Program-made: the position numbers and the translations under genes
Source: Adineta vaga
Lineage: Eukaryota > Animalia > Rotifera
Direction: 5' to 3'
NCBI GenBank assembly: GCA_021613535.1
Contig: CP075496.1
Span: 11,036,001 to 11,100,000 of the forward strand
DNA: 64,000 bases
Shown: positions 24,601 to 37,634 of the stretch, one piece after another
Numbering within the stretch: the first letter of the stretch is position 1
How the letters are laid out: every line of letters starts with the position of its first letter
The notes under the pieces: model-generated
What the model saw: the letters and a program-made list of their open reading frames with translations, nothing else
The model's database searches: none
What the model was told of the DNA's origin: nothing

Positions 24601-27421
24601 GTGGAGGTGGTGGAATGAAACCTAAAATTGATTAGAACCATTTGATTAGAATATCAGTAGAAAACGTTTTGATTACTTGGTGGTGGCAATGGTGGAGCAG
24701 GAGGTATATTAGAAGCAACATTTGAAATACTTGTTGGTGCACCAGGTGGAGCTGAAGAAATAGATGATGTCGAACTATTAGGTGATCCTAAAAGATAAAA
24801 CAATCAGTTAAAACTATTTTTTGTTCGAAAAATCTTATATTTATATTTATACAAAGTGCTAATTGAAACGACGAATTTCAAAATTTTTCTAATACAGTTC
24901 CAAATTCAATTGAATAAAAATTCTCAAATAGAACACTTATTGAAAATGATGACAATTACATACCTCGATCATGATGACCTCGTCGTAATGTATTCAAAGT
25001 CTGTGAAATATCATCACGTTCTTTCTATAGACAAAAATCAAACACATCAAATCTATTATTTTCGAAAAAGGACAACATTTACTTTAACATTTTCTATTTG
25101 TTCTTCAGCACAGCTCAATGCTTTTTGTAATTCCGCTGTAAATAAAATTTAAATAACGTTAAATAGAATACAAATATTGTTTTCATGATTTTCTTACCCA
25201 TTTTATTACAAGTACCACTTTCCAACTCATGTACTCTTTCATTTGCCTACAAAATTCAAATGTTTATCAAAAGTGTAACTATATTACAACTTACAATTCC
25301 TAACTGTTCTTCAAGTTCTGATACTTTTCCAATTGCTTGTTGTTTCGTTTCAGAATCTTCTAATAATTGACCAACATCAAAATAATTATCAAGAAAAGCA
25401 TGAATTTGTAGAATAAATAGATCACATTCACTATGAATCTCCAAATATTTCTATTGATTCAAAATCAAAAAGAATTAAAATACGAAAGCGAACGATAAAA
25501 AGAAGGTTTCTACTTTAAGACATTCATCAAGGCCAAGTATTTTAAATTCTTCCTGTAAATACACACGATAATTCATATCTTGTACTGAATGAACAATAAT
25601 ATTAATAAACTGCATACATGCAATCTATTGATCGAATAAAAAAAAACTCAATTAACATTTTATTCGAAAGAATTTTTACCATGTAATCGACGTTGAACTC
25701 TAATGGTTGTGTAAATGATTTCATCACAGTTTCAAAACGATGTCTTTCTTGACATACCTAGATGATGAAAAGAAAAATTATATTCGATCATATTTGAATC
25801 GATTTAAGATACTTACAATTCGAAAATTATCAAATGCTGCTAAAACAACATCATGCCCTAATTCAACTAAACAAACAGCAGCAAGTAATTCCAAAATAAG
25901 TGCTTTACATCTAAAAATCAAAGGTAATAAAACAAAACGATTGAAACTTAAAATAGATTTACCGATAATTTTTGTGTTGTAAACTAAGTGTGATATAATT
26001 AAGAGCAGATGGATGTTGAATAACAAGATTGAAACCATTCTAGATAGAAATAAGTTTTATTATTTGTCTCGGTCGTCTATTATCTTTTGATATATAAATA
26101 AGACTCTCGTTAACTTTTGTCATCATCAAATCTTTTGCGATTGAATGTTTTCTGTCTACCTGATTATTCATAATCGCTCTTAAACACATAATACATAATC
26201 GAACATCATCCGTAGCTTCACCAATTTGATATTTTTTTATTTTCCTGTGTAAACGTTTTGTATCGGATCGACCGAATTGTGATCGTTTTAAAGTAGAATT
26301 TTCATCCGAATAATTATGATTTCCATTATTTAACAATGAATTCGATAATAAACGATGATGTCCATTAGAATTTGATAATCCATCACTATCATTTGAACTA
26401 TCCACTTCTCTAAAAAAAATATAATATTAAACAATTAGACATTCTTTGTATTACATAATCAAAAATCAGCTGAAGTTAGTTTTCTTTTCGTTCCATCATG
26501 CATAACAAAAGATAGCTGATATTCTCACCCAAATAGACCACATAATAGAAATTGTTTTGATGAATTCATTTTCAATTCATCACTATGAAATTTAAATCTA
26601 ATCTCTCGAAAATTGAACATACATCTAAAAAGAGAAGTTACTTGACTTACCGCATTACTTCCAATGATGTTTTCAAATAATCAAGTAAAACATCAAGACC
26701 ATTATTATGTTTATTAAGAAATTCATGTACCCAACTAGAAGAAAATGATTTCGATGCAATTTATCAAAGAATATTTTATATCTACCCAATATTATTTGTA
26801 CGTAGTGAAATTTCTAAACTCGAAAGTAATTGAGTTGATGGTTCGACTGGATGTTTTTTTTTCTAGAAGAATTTCTCGTGAAAAATAACTTTCTTTTTCT
26901 GAATTTTGATTTAATTACTAGAGTTAATGCTTTTGGTACAAGATTAGCACCACGGATGTATGTTTTCAAACCATCAATATAATACTGTGGTGGATGTTTA
27001 GCAATAACTTGATCCTAAAGTATGATTTTCGAATAAAGAAAATGAAATATGTATAGTACATACTCGTCTCGTATGATATCCCATTTTTTATCTGATGGAA
27101 AATCTCGTAACATTTTTACTTTATCCGGTGGTAAATCCATTGTTGCCTAAATTACCGATCAATATAAATATGTAAATGTATAGAATAGTGTTTTTCTTTA
27201 TTTACCAATGTTTTTTGAAATAATTCTTCCAAAGTACGATCATCCGGTCGAATTTGATTCATTTTTTCAAGACTACCTAGACTCTTTAAATCGAAATATT
27301 GAATATTATTAGTATGAAAATTTTCTCAATCATTTACTTTTCTTAATGTTCCTGATGAATTAAAACTGGATATCGATCGCATCGAAGGTGTTGCAGAACT
27401 CCATTGAGACGATGAAATCAT
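21692..27421 (-). CDS. FMNL: FMNL/FRL-type diaphanous-related formin (GBD/FH3-FH1-FH2-DAD)
   Basis: GBD/FH3 motifs ([38 protein letters not shown]), polyproline FH1 exons (~24500-24750), FH2 ([29 protein letters not shown]), FMNL-type tail [15 protein letters not shown]. An additional upstream coding exon is possible. Confidence 0.93.
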
Positions 27422-30400
27422 CTCGTTTTCAATATTAATCGTCGCCGTTGTTGTGTTGCTGTTTATTTATACATGTATATGTTAAAATTAATTGAATCTA
27501 AAAGGGTATATGCAGATAAGACTATTGTAGTTTAGAAAAAAAACAAAAAACATCGTTAAAAGATCATAGACTTTAAAAAAACGAAAGGATAAATGCATTT
27601 ATTTAGAAAAGGAAAAGATTCGGTTGTAGACAGTAATCCAACTGGGATTCAAACGGGCAAAATATCAATCGTTTGATAAATGAATCGATAAGAACTAGTT
27701 TTGATTAGTATTTAAATACATATCGATCATTGTAGAAAATATCTCATGCTAAGACATTGATTTGAGAAGAGAAGAGAAGAGAAGAAGAGAAAAAGAAAGG
27801 GTAAAGGTGTATGTTACATATAGTTGTAATAGCCGTCCCTGTAACGTCTCTTTCAAGAACGACTATAATCAATCTATTTACTCGTAAAACAGAATTTGCT
27901 GTACATAAAAGAAAAAAATCTTTCATTCACATGTCCTTCTTGGAAGGTAGTGTAGGCATGATTAATAACTTGTCGACATACTTTTTTTTCTCTTTCACTA
28001 CGATGTGTCTTTATCCCCATAGACGAAATCAGTTTTCGAAAGCTCAGATTTCCTGTATATTATTCAACGGAAGACTACGCATTAGTAAAATGACTTACCA
28101 TTTCATGCATTATTAATATATTTATTAAAAATAAGAAAATATGCGTACATATAAAAGTGAAAAGTACTTTTTTGAAGTTCAGTGATATAATATGTTGAAA
28201 TATATTGAGTAGACTAATTAGAAATCATTGAAAATGACTTCTCTTTTTTTTTTATTCATTGATATATTCGTTCATTCATACGAATGATGAATATATACAC
28301 CTTTGAGCGAAGGTCGCACCACCTTCATTCACTCACTTACTCACTCACTCATTCATTCATCTTTTTCATTGACGATCGAAATATGATGATGATCTTTCTT
28401 CTCTCTCTCTCTCTGGGTTTTTTCTTCATCGTTAACGGCGTTTCGTTGAGTTGTTTAATTTTTATGATGCATTTTCTCGCTCTCTCTCTCTTTCTTTTTC
28501 TTATTTAGGTCGTATATGAAGGAGAAGAGAAGAAAAAATAACAAGAATTAGGGCATACTAAACATAAAAAAGTAACGAAGGAAGTATTATTCTATACTAA
28601 TGCACACTTCACACAAAGAAGGAATATAGTCTCTTTGTATCAGGATATAACCACTTTTTTTTATACCTATACGAGATAAAAATGAAGAGGTATTGACAGT
28701 ATGGTAAGCGAGAATATCACTTATATAGAAGTGAATAGGCGATTTATTTGCATACTTATGTATTCTTATCTAATGATTTCTTTTTGTCACCTGTTGAAAG
28801 ATGATGGTATGTTGCTGATTTGATTCGATATGAACTATAATTAGCAGATCATCCATCATGTTCTAATTCGAACAACAGAATATGAACAAGTATGTTGAAT
28901 TGAGAACAACAGATAACATCTTCATTACTTCATAGTAATATTCAATTCAAAAGAATAACGATTTTATAAAGATTAAAAGGCTATAATGCATAAAGAATAA
29001 CAAATGATCATCTTAATAGAAAAAGTCATACTTCTCTTATATATATATATATATGAGGAACAAATATAAAAGAATGAACTCGGATATTTGAGTGCACTAT
29101 TCATTGTAGTATATAGAATGAATGAAAGAGAACAATGAGAACGTAAGGAATTGATCATGAGAAGAATTGTTGACACAACTGGTAGGTTCAATAGAATTAA
29201 GGCGATGTGCTCGGTTTGTATTTATATATAAATAGATGTGTGAAAGGCATAACTGATTTAATATGATATATGAATGCCATTATGACAAGCGTTACCATCA
29301 TCCTATATCTTCACGATACAAAAAGCTCTGATTAATATGAAAGCGAACAAAACTGAGATAGAACAGAGAAAAAGAGATAAAAAGAAGTGAATAAAAGATA
29401 GCAGTATACAAAGGTCAAACAACAGGAAAACAGAAGGAGGCAATCACCAGAGAACAAAGCAGAACCGGATGTGTTATACTCACGTTTATTTGTTCATTTT
29501 TGCAGAGAAAACGATACAGTTTGTAGAGAAATGTAGACGATATTAATAATAAATATGAATATTAAATAATTTTATCGTATCAAAATAAACGATTCTTTTT
29601 TCGAATAATCAAACTACTTAAGAATATGTTTACATTATGAATGTCAGCAAGAAATGAGGAGTAAAAAATGTATATATATATATATATAATCGTTAAAGTG
29701 TTGTTTGCATTTACTTGACGAAACTACACAAACGTCATTGAAATCTTATAAAATTGTTTAACATCGTCGTCGTTATTTTAAATCGATCACAAAAATAAAT
29801 AAAAAGAGAACAAAAGAAAGAAGATAAAGACAGAGAGATGAAGACAAGATCGTGATGAACGATGATGTTCAATCAGAGTGACCTAAACTTCGATTGGGTT
29901 GAACATATAGCCATAAAACAAAAGAAATTGAATGTGGCGCCGATGAAAACAAGTGTTCAATGAAGACATCTATTGAACTGACTTATACAGATAAGATTTA
30001 CTATGCAATGTTTTAGAATCTCAGACAGATTATGATGATAAAAATGTATGTGATCATTTCTTTTTCACAAATAATTTTTAGAAGATCATTTAAATATTTG
30101 TACGCATTTTTAGGGTCTATTTGATAAATCATGTGATGATATCTTTCTAATATCTACTTTAGAAACTATCAAAGTTTTCGATAATAACATTGTTTCATAA
30201 GTTTGATGCTCACAAATTGATGAGATACAATCCTACTCTATTGTCTTTCGTTGAATATCTGAAGACAATCAATTATAGTAGTTTTTTGGTGGAACAATCT
30301 ACCGTGCGCACTGATTAGAATAAAATAAATAACACTTTTCACTAGAAAATTTATACGTCTATGCAAAGTTATTGATTAAAAAACATTTCACATAGTCATA

Positions 30401-30726
30401 GAAATCTCAATGAAATACTTACAGAAGAAATTAAGATCTATTTGCTATAAACTCTATTTCCCACCGCAACAACGTCAATGTTGTAAAATATGTGTAATAG
30501 ATGTCGTTGAAAATCTTGTAAATAAAATAAATGGAGGATACCTAGAAATATAGTATGAATTCGGTCAAAGAACCAATCCATTGAATTCAATGATTCATGA
30601 AAACTTAAATTGTTTATTTCATAGTTAACAAATACCAAAAGCAACGAAGTTCTTTTTCTAATCATGTCTAATCTAATTCTATTCTTTATTTTAGATTGAC
30701 GATATCTAATATAAAATATTTCGAGC

Positions 30727-31224
30727 ATGTCCAAAGTACAAAAACAACGTGTCCAAACATTTGGTAGAAAGAAAACAGCAACAGCAGTTGCTGTCTGTCA
30801 ACAAGGTATTCACTGAAATCTTTTCTTTAATTCAAAGAAAAAACTTGAGCTTTTTCTTTCAACAGGTCATGGCTCAATTCGTGTTAATGGTCGACCTTTA
30901 CATTTAGTTGAACCTCAAGCACTTCGTTTTAAACTTGAAGAACCAATCTATCTTCTTGGTCGAGATAAATTTTCAAATGTTGATGTACGTGTACGTGTCA
31001 AAGGTGGTGGTCGTATTGCCCAAGTCTATGCTATTCGACAAGCATTAGCTAAATCAATTGTTGCTTATAATCAAAAATTTGTTGATGAAGCAACTAAGAA
31101 ACAAATACGAGACATTCTCGTTCAATATGATCGAACATTACTTGTCGCTGATCCGCGACGATGTGAACCAAAGAAATTCGGTGGTCCAGGTGCTCGTTCG
31201 AAATACCAAAAATCGTACCGTTAA
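30727..31224 (+). CDS. RPS16: 40S ribosomal protein S16 (uS9)
   Basis: [22 protein letters not shown]... to ...[30 protein letters not shown]. One intron at ~30806-30865. Confidence 0.98.
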
Positions 31225-31757
31225 ACATATATATGGACTTGTTTTGTTGTTCGCTTATTGTTCTTGTTTTCAAATGAGCGTACATATAAAAAAAGAAAAG
31301 ATTATAAGAATATAATGATAAAAGACGAAATAAAAGAACAGCTCGATCCGTCAGTCATTTAAAAGTCATATTTTGCTTTTAGACTACAAGCATATTTCTA
31401 GATAATTATGATGTGTTCTAATGAAAGATTTGTTACAAAAAATATCAGTTGTTTGTCTTACACTTGTTTTTGATTACGATCGAACTTCGTACTCTTGTGA
31501 ACTATATTCTAACAATACATAAATTTTTTTTGTTCGTCTACTGCAGTAAGAATGACTATCATTTCTCCAACATTCTGGTTCACAGAATGGTCCTAAAAAA
31601 GTCCATACTATCAATGCATCAGACACATTCTTTATAAGGGTAAGTGATAGCGCTTTCTTTATGTCTTCATCCACACTTTTGAGAAAAACAGATTCTTTTT
31701 ATGATTGATTCATGAGTACTGCATTTATACATGGTACAAATAATGAATGACAACTTA

Positions 31758-33779
31758 TTATTTCGATAATTGTCTTTCAACGTCTTCTAAATATCGTCTA
31801 ATTTCGATTACTAACGGATGTGATTTAGGATAATTTTGATGAAAAATTTGTTCTGCTCTTAGAAAATTATTCTGTGCATCGATTAATGATGATAGTTTAC
31901 AATCAAGTCTTCCAAGATTTCGATAACTCATTCCAATATCAGGATGATTTGGATTGCTTTGACCGAGATATTTTAAACGAATTTTCAATGCATGTCGAAG
32001 ATTATGACTCGCTGCTTCGGCATCATACTTTGCTAACTGAATACAACCAAGAAGATCGAAAGTTGAAGCTTTTTCTAAGGGATATCGTTGTCGTTCTTGC
32101 AATGCATCCAGTGTCCATCGCAGAGCAGATTCATTATCTCCTAGATTATAATAATAACTTGCTATCTAAAACCAGGAAACTAAGTCGTCATTAGAGAAAG
32201 TTTTTTCAAACATTGACTTACATTATGATAACATGCACCTAATCCCTGATGATCATTCATTTGTTTATAGATTAAACTTGCAGCTTTATATTGTTTTAAT
32301 GCTTCGTCTTTTTTTTCAATTTCATTATAGCATACACCAAGATTATTTAAATAAATGGCTCGATAATAATCATCATTATCGGATAGATTATCAAGTCTAT
32401 TTTGATAATAATCGATGGCAAAGTGATATTCTCCCATATCGAAAAGAAGTTTTCCAAAAAGAACTGCTTGATTAGTAGAATCTAGTTCTTTTGCAAACGT
32501 TTGTTCAATATATTCATTCACCATTAATTGATCATGTGAACTTAAAGAAAGATATATTCGATATAAGCCTTTTTCTTCAATAAAATCAACCGATTTAATA
32601 CGAAATACTGATCCAACTGAAAGAAGAATTTCTTCTTCATCAGGAAAATTACTTAATTTCCTAATATCAGCAAATGCTGTACTTTGTTCATTACTTAAAT
32701 CAATATCAATAATGAACATAACTGGCTCGTAATCTTCTAATACACGACCAAGACAAAATTTTTTCGCTACATCCTCTTCTAACGTAGTTGAAATAAAACC
32801 ATTTAATGAAATAAGATCATTAATATGTTTAGAAACCAAAAGAATCTGTGCTAATTTTAAATGTTGACCACGATAGAGACGAAGTGTTTTTGTTGAAATT
32901 GTTTCTTTATATGTTTTATATAAATCCTGTAATTGTTGACAAAGTAATTTGATAAAATAACGATATGAATAGATCGTTGCAATATTTCCTAATGCAAATG
33001 CTTCATTAATGCATCGAAAAATAATTGAATTTCGTGTGTACCACTGAACAGCATTCTTAGCATTGTCAGCTAATGATTCTTCTTCGAATTGATCAATGAT
33101 TTTCAAAGCTCGTTTATCATGCTGATAGTTTCTATGGCAACAGGAGATCATTTCTTGTTTGGCTTGTTTATCATTGGAATCGAGTTCTAACATGAATTTG
33201 TGACAATTATAAAACCAAAGAAAACGTGCTTGATCTTCTTTTAAATTTCGAATAGGATATTTCTCTTCTATCGCAATTGTTTCTAAGAAATACAGAGAAA
33301 AACAAAAAGTATAGTGATGCTTAATTTTGATGTAGCGTACCTGTTTTGCCGTTATTCTGTTGATTGAATAAGCTAAAATCAATTGTAAAATTTTTTCGAT
33401 CTGAATAAGTTTGGATGTAGTCAACTAATTCTTGAATATCTGTACAAATTGCTCGAAGTTTAGGGAATGTTAATTGTTGACAAGGTTTTCCGTGGTAACA
33501 GAGAATAAAAATACCAAGAATATGTGAATAATTATGTATTTGTGGAATGACTTCTTTACTAAGTGAATCACAAATAATGAACATAATATATGATTTCCAT
33601 TTATTGATATCATATTTTCTAATATAGTTAATACATTCGTTTTTGTCATTAAAGATTTGAATATTATTATCTAGTTGCTGTAATTGAATCAATCTCTTAT
33701 GTTGATTGGAAGAATTTTCAATATTTTCATCCAACCAAACCAATTGATTAACATACGATTGCATGTTTTCTGTACTCAT
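31758..33779 (-). CDS. Pseudo-receiver + R-S-E type ADP-ribosyltransferase + TPR-repeat protein (3 exons)
   Basis: Exons 33779-33341, 33282-32222 and 32165-31758 join in frame. ART motifs LYRG, GFISTT and FPDEEEILL. C-terminal TPRs (AIYLNNLGVCY, GACYHNIASYY, HPDIGMSYRNLG). Confidence 0.88.
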
Positions 33780-34030
33780 GAATGATATAATTTTTACAAA
33801 GATAATTGTCGGAAATATTTTCAATCTTTTACTCTGAGAACAATAATCAAGAAATTCTTTTCGTTCTCTCTTTTGTGAAACGTGCAACCGTAAAAAAAAG
33901 TCAATGTATATATGATGGCAACATTAGATGTCGTTCATTTTATTGTTTTTATTCCTTCACTTCGATGATAAAATAATCAAAGCACAAAAAGAGAAAAACG
34001 ATTCGTTTGCAGCCTTTTCAGTTAGCATTT

Positions 34031-34963
34031 TTAGCAAGCCCAATCAGCACCTGGACATGAAGCTCTACATTGTGAGTACCATCGACTGCGTACATAGCAA
34101 CGAAGATCTGGTGCACAACGTGTTAAGCCAACATAACCTTCACCTAAAAATTATATACAATTTAGATAGTTGTTCACAGATGAAATCTTTTATTATAAGG
34201 AGATTACTTACCTCCACATTGTTCACCATAACTAGCGACATCTGTTTGACAAGCCCAAGTTGGTGGGCAAGATGGACGACATTCAGAATAGAGTGCATTA
34301 TTTCGGAAACATCCTGTTCCTGCGGAACAAATGCCACCAGCAATACCGTTACATTGGGCATAGGCTGGTAAAATCTGGAGTGAACGTAGTAAAAACTGTT
34401 GGAGCAGCTGTTGCAGTAACTGTTGGAACTGCTGTAGCAGTGATTGCTGGAGCGGCCGTTGCAGTAACAAAAATACCACATGCCCAACCTATTTAGAGTC
34501 ATAACATATACGATCATAGATCATCTTATGATACAAAAGGCGCATACCTGCTGGACAATCGTTAATTGGACGACACTAAAATCACGTTTAATATCGAGTT
34601 AAAATAGGATATTATGATTATGAATAATATACGAACTTGTGAATAGTAAACACTGCGTGCATAACAAACAAATCCAGGTTCACACACCGATGGACCACCC
34701 CAACCTTCACCTCCGCATTGATCCCATCCAGCTGCAATAGTTACTACTGGAGCAGTATAGGCTTCACATTCCCAGCCAACATTCTTTGGACAACTTGGTT
34801 GACAAGATGAATACCATCTATTTCGACGGAAACAGCCTAGACCAGGAGCACATGGAAAATTGCCATATCCTTCACCAGCGCATTGCTCATAAATACCAAC
34901 TGAATAGGTAAGACCAATAATTGCAGTGAATAATGCTAACTTGATAGACAATGCAAAAGTCAT
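34031..34963 (-). CDS. Secreted protein with four CBM1 (fungal-type cellulose-binding) modules and a T/A/P linker
   Basis: Signal peptide MTFALSIKLALFTAIIGLTYS. Modules YEQCAGEGYG..WYSSC, WDQCGGEGWGGPSVC..YYSQC, YAQCNG..LYSEC and GEQCGGEGYVGLTRC..WYSQC. Exons 34963-34637, 34575-34548, 34488-34212 and 34143-34031. Frame break near 34375-34420. Confidence 0.85.
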
Positions 34964-36186
34964 ATTGATGCTATTCAACGTAGTTGAAAATGAAAGCTTT
35001 ATTCAACTGATGGGAAGAATGCATTATATACTGGAAATCATTAATCGTTTTTTATCATTTATTTTTGTAACAATAGACGATGTATGCTTTGTCCTTTCGA
35101 TATTAAATAAGCTATTTAAGCTTTCAATCTTTATCATCCTACTTAGAAACTAAATACATCCTTAATTTAAATTTATCATAGAAAAAAAAGTACAAAATAT
35201 CTATTTTGTCATACATATATTTATCTTGAGTTTAATTTTGCAAAACAAATTGCCTAATCACCTTCGCTGTAAATGACAATAATTTATTGTTTATTATTTG
35301 AATAATAGTAGCAAAGTTTTATAAACAACTCGAAATCAACAAATACATATTAATTATATTTCAATACAATGTATTAAAATATATAGTTACGATATATGTG
35401 ATCTATAACCTAATACAGTATATTAACAAATATAATCATTATCTATGGTACGTACAGCTATCAACTTAGATTAGATTTATTCATGTGATTGATGAGATAG
35501 TTGTTTTGTATAAAGAAAATATATGTTGTTTTCTATGTTTCTTAAAAGTGTAGCATATCTGGAAGATATTTTCTTTTACAGACATCTTCTCAAAAGATCT
35601 ATAAATATGTTGATAGTAATGATCTGATGACCTTTATCTCAATCTTGACAATATTGCGAAATAATCTGTTCTATGTGTCTACTTATACATTTCGCTGTGT
35701 ATATATGTATATGTTTTTAAGTGTCTTCCAATCTGTTATTAAATTACGAGAACAGGCAAACTCTTCATATATAAGAAAATGTTTAGAATAACGGCTTGAG
35801 ACTAATTGATGATAGTAATCATCTATAGGTTGCATGCATCGAGACGAATCGAGTAAGCAAAATATGAGAAAGAAAGAAAGATTCATTAACATTATCTAAT
35901 ACATCGTTCTCATTCTCATCATAAGGAATTTTGCTTATTTATCACATCGATATCTTTTATTTATATATGAGACCATATCCTTGAGTCATAAAAAACAACA
36001 TCCCTCCCGTTGCTTACACTTGTATATAAGTACATTCATTTGTCATTCTATTTTTCTTCAGATGAAATGATTATATGGAAGCATATCTAATACGATGAAA
36101 GTTTATCTACGAGATATAACAAGATTAAAATTGATCATAGACGTTCTTATCAATCGATATTAATCTTATGTAAATTAATTATTAAA

Positions 36187-36468
36187 ATGATTATTCTCAA
36201 TAATTCATCATTATCAACAACAACAATAATATCGATTGATTCATATTTAAATTCAACAATTGATACGAGTGATACACAACCATCATCATCTGGAATAATT
36301 CTCACGATTATAATTCTATCATTGTTAAGCATATCTGGATGGATATTTATGTCTTATACTTTATTTAGTCGATCAGAAGCATATCGTACAAAACCTGAAG
36401 ATCCATTTAGTTCACCAACAAATTCAGATAGAACGGATGGTCATGAATTTTTCATTAGTTTTGATTGA
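36187..36468 (+). CDS. Small single-pass membrane protein (93 aa), no cleavable signal peptide
   Basis: S/T-rich N-terminus with sequons NNS/NSS and NST, one hydrophobic helix (GIILTIIILSLLSISGWIFMSYTLF), polar tail. Confidence 0.6.
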   Translation: MIILNNSSLSTTTIISIDSYLNSTIDTSDTQPSSSGIILTIIILSLLSISGWIFMSYTLFSRSEAYRTKPEDPFSSPTNSDRTDGHEFFISFD

Positions 36469-36616
36469 AATACAAAATCTATTGACATTTATTGCCTTTA
36501 TATATACTCCTCCTTTCTTGCTGTCTATATATTGTTGACTACTTTATTATAAAATTGTTTTTTTTCCTCCAATACTTTTAACAAAAAAAAAGACAAGACA
36601 AGAAATGAAAAGTAAT

Positions 36617-37273
36617 TTAACATTTCCAACCAGCAGGACATTCAGATCGACATTCATGATACCATTTTGAATGTACAACACAACGAAGACCTTCTTTACA
36701 TTTTGTCAAACCAACATAACCTTCGCCACCACATGGTGCCCATTCTGATAATGTTTGTCTTTCACAAAACCAACCTTGTGAACAATGTGTTTTACATTCA
36801 CCGTGAACACCTTCTGTTTGAATGAAACAAGCTGTACCCACCGCACAAGCAAATGGTCCACGAATATTTCCTCCATGACATTTACCACCGGGTGGAATTG
36901 TTGGTGGTGCTGGTCGAGTTGCCGTTGCAGCTACATCATTCGATAAACATTGAGAATAATATTTCGATCGTTTAAAACAAATTAAATTTCCTCGACAAGC
37001 TTTCGGACCTTCCCAATCAAGACCACCACATTGTCCAAATTCATCAATTAAACCATCATTATTATTATTATTCTGATTATTGTTGTTGTTGTTATTATTA
37101 TTATTAACATTGGGAGTATTCACTTGAGGATTTAAATTGAAACCTCCACCAGTACCAAAAAATGGTAATTGTTGTGATGGAATTCGACTTCCATAACGAT
37201 CATCAAAAAGGTTCTGTTGTGCGAATATGAAACCAATACATAAAGACAAAAATATTGAAATTAATTTTAACAT
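36617..37273 (-). CDS. Secreted intronless protein with three CBM1 modules and a poly-Asn tract
   Basis: Signal peptide MLKLISIFLSLCIGFIFA. Modules FGQCGGLDWEGPKAC..YYSQC, a degenerate middle module, and WAPCGGEGYVGLTKC..WYHEC. Confidence 0.9.
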   Translation of the reverse strand: MLKLISIFLSLCIGFIFAQQNLFDDRYGSRIPSQQLPFFGTGGGFNLNPQVNTPNVNNNNNNNNNNQNNNNNDGLIDEFGQCGGLDWEGPKACRGNLICFKRSKYYSQCLSNDVAATATRPAPPTIPPGGKCHGGNIRGPFACAVGTACFIQTEGVHGECKTHCSQGWFCERQTLSEWAPCGGEGYVGLTKCKEGLRCVVHSKWYHECRSECPAGWKC

Positions 37274-37634
37274 CTTGAATATATATATTTGATTAGTAAA
37301 CGAATGAATTTTAATCGGTTTTATTCAAATGTTTTTATACATGTTGAATTTGTATACAACCTTGACTAGACTTATAATTCAATGTCAATAGAACATTTTT
37401 TGACAAAATATGACTTAAGTAGAGCGGTTCAAGAAAAACTTTCTAAAGATTGTCTATACGTATCATCATTGACTTACTTAATAAAGAACCTTGACAAAAG
37501 ATTAGTAATCATGTGATAATCTCCTTGTTTATGATGACGATACCAACAAGGACTAATAAACATCAATATTATCCGAGGTTTTCTTCCTATAAGCATATTT
37601 GGCGCATATTTATTTGATAAGTCTTTATTAAATA

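Noticed and set aside
25282-25294. TATTACAACTTAC resembling the bdelloid spliced-leader core as I recall it
   Set aside because: It is the reverse complement of a formin GTAAGT splice donor, with no SL RNA donor or Sm-site context.
27981-28101. Possible myristoylated MGNLSFRK first exons of the formin
   Set aside because: Needs one extra G at the donor, and the downstream phase does not match the next exon.
31474-31674. Short minus-strand ORF and small hairpins between the convergent RPS16 and ART-TPR 3' ends
   Set aside because: GTG start, no motif, and no complete H/ACA layout.
30438-32475. Antisense and alternative-frame ORFs over RPS16 and ART-TPR (and similar ones over other genes)
   Set aside because: Shadows of real coding sequence with no independent motifs.
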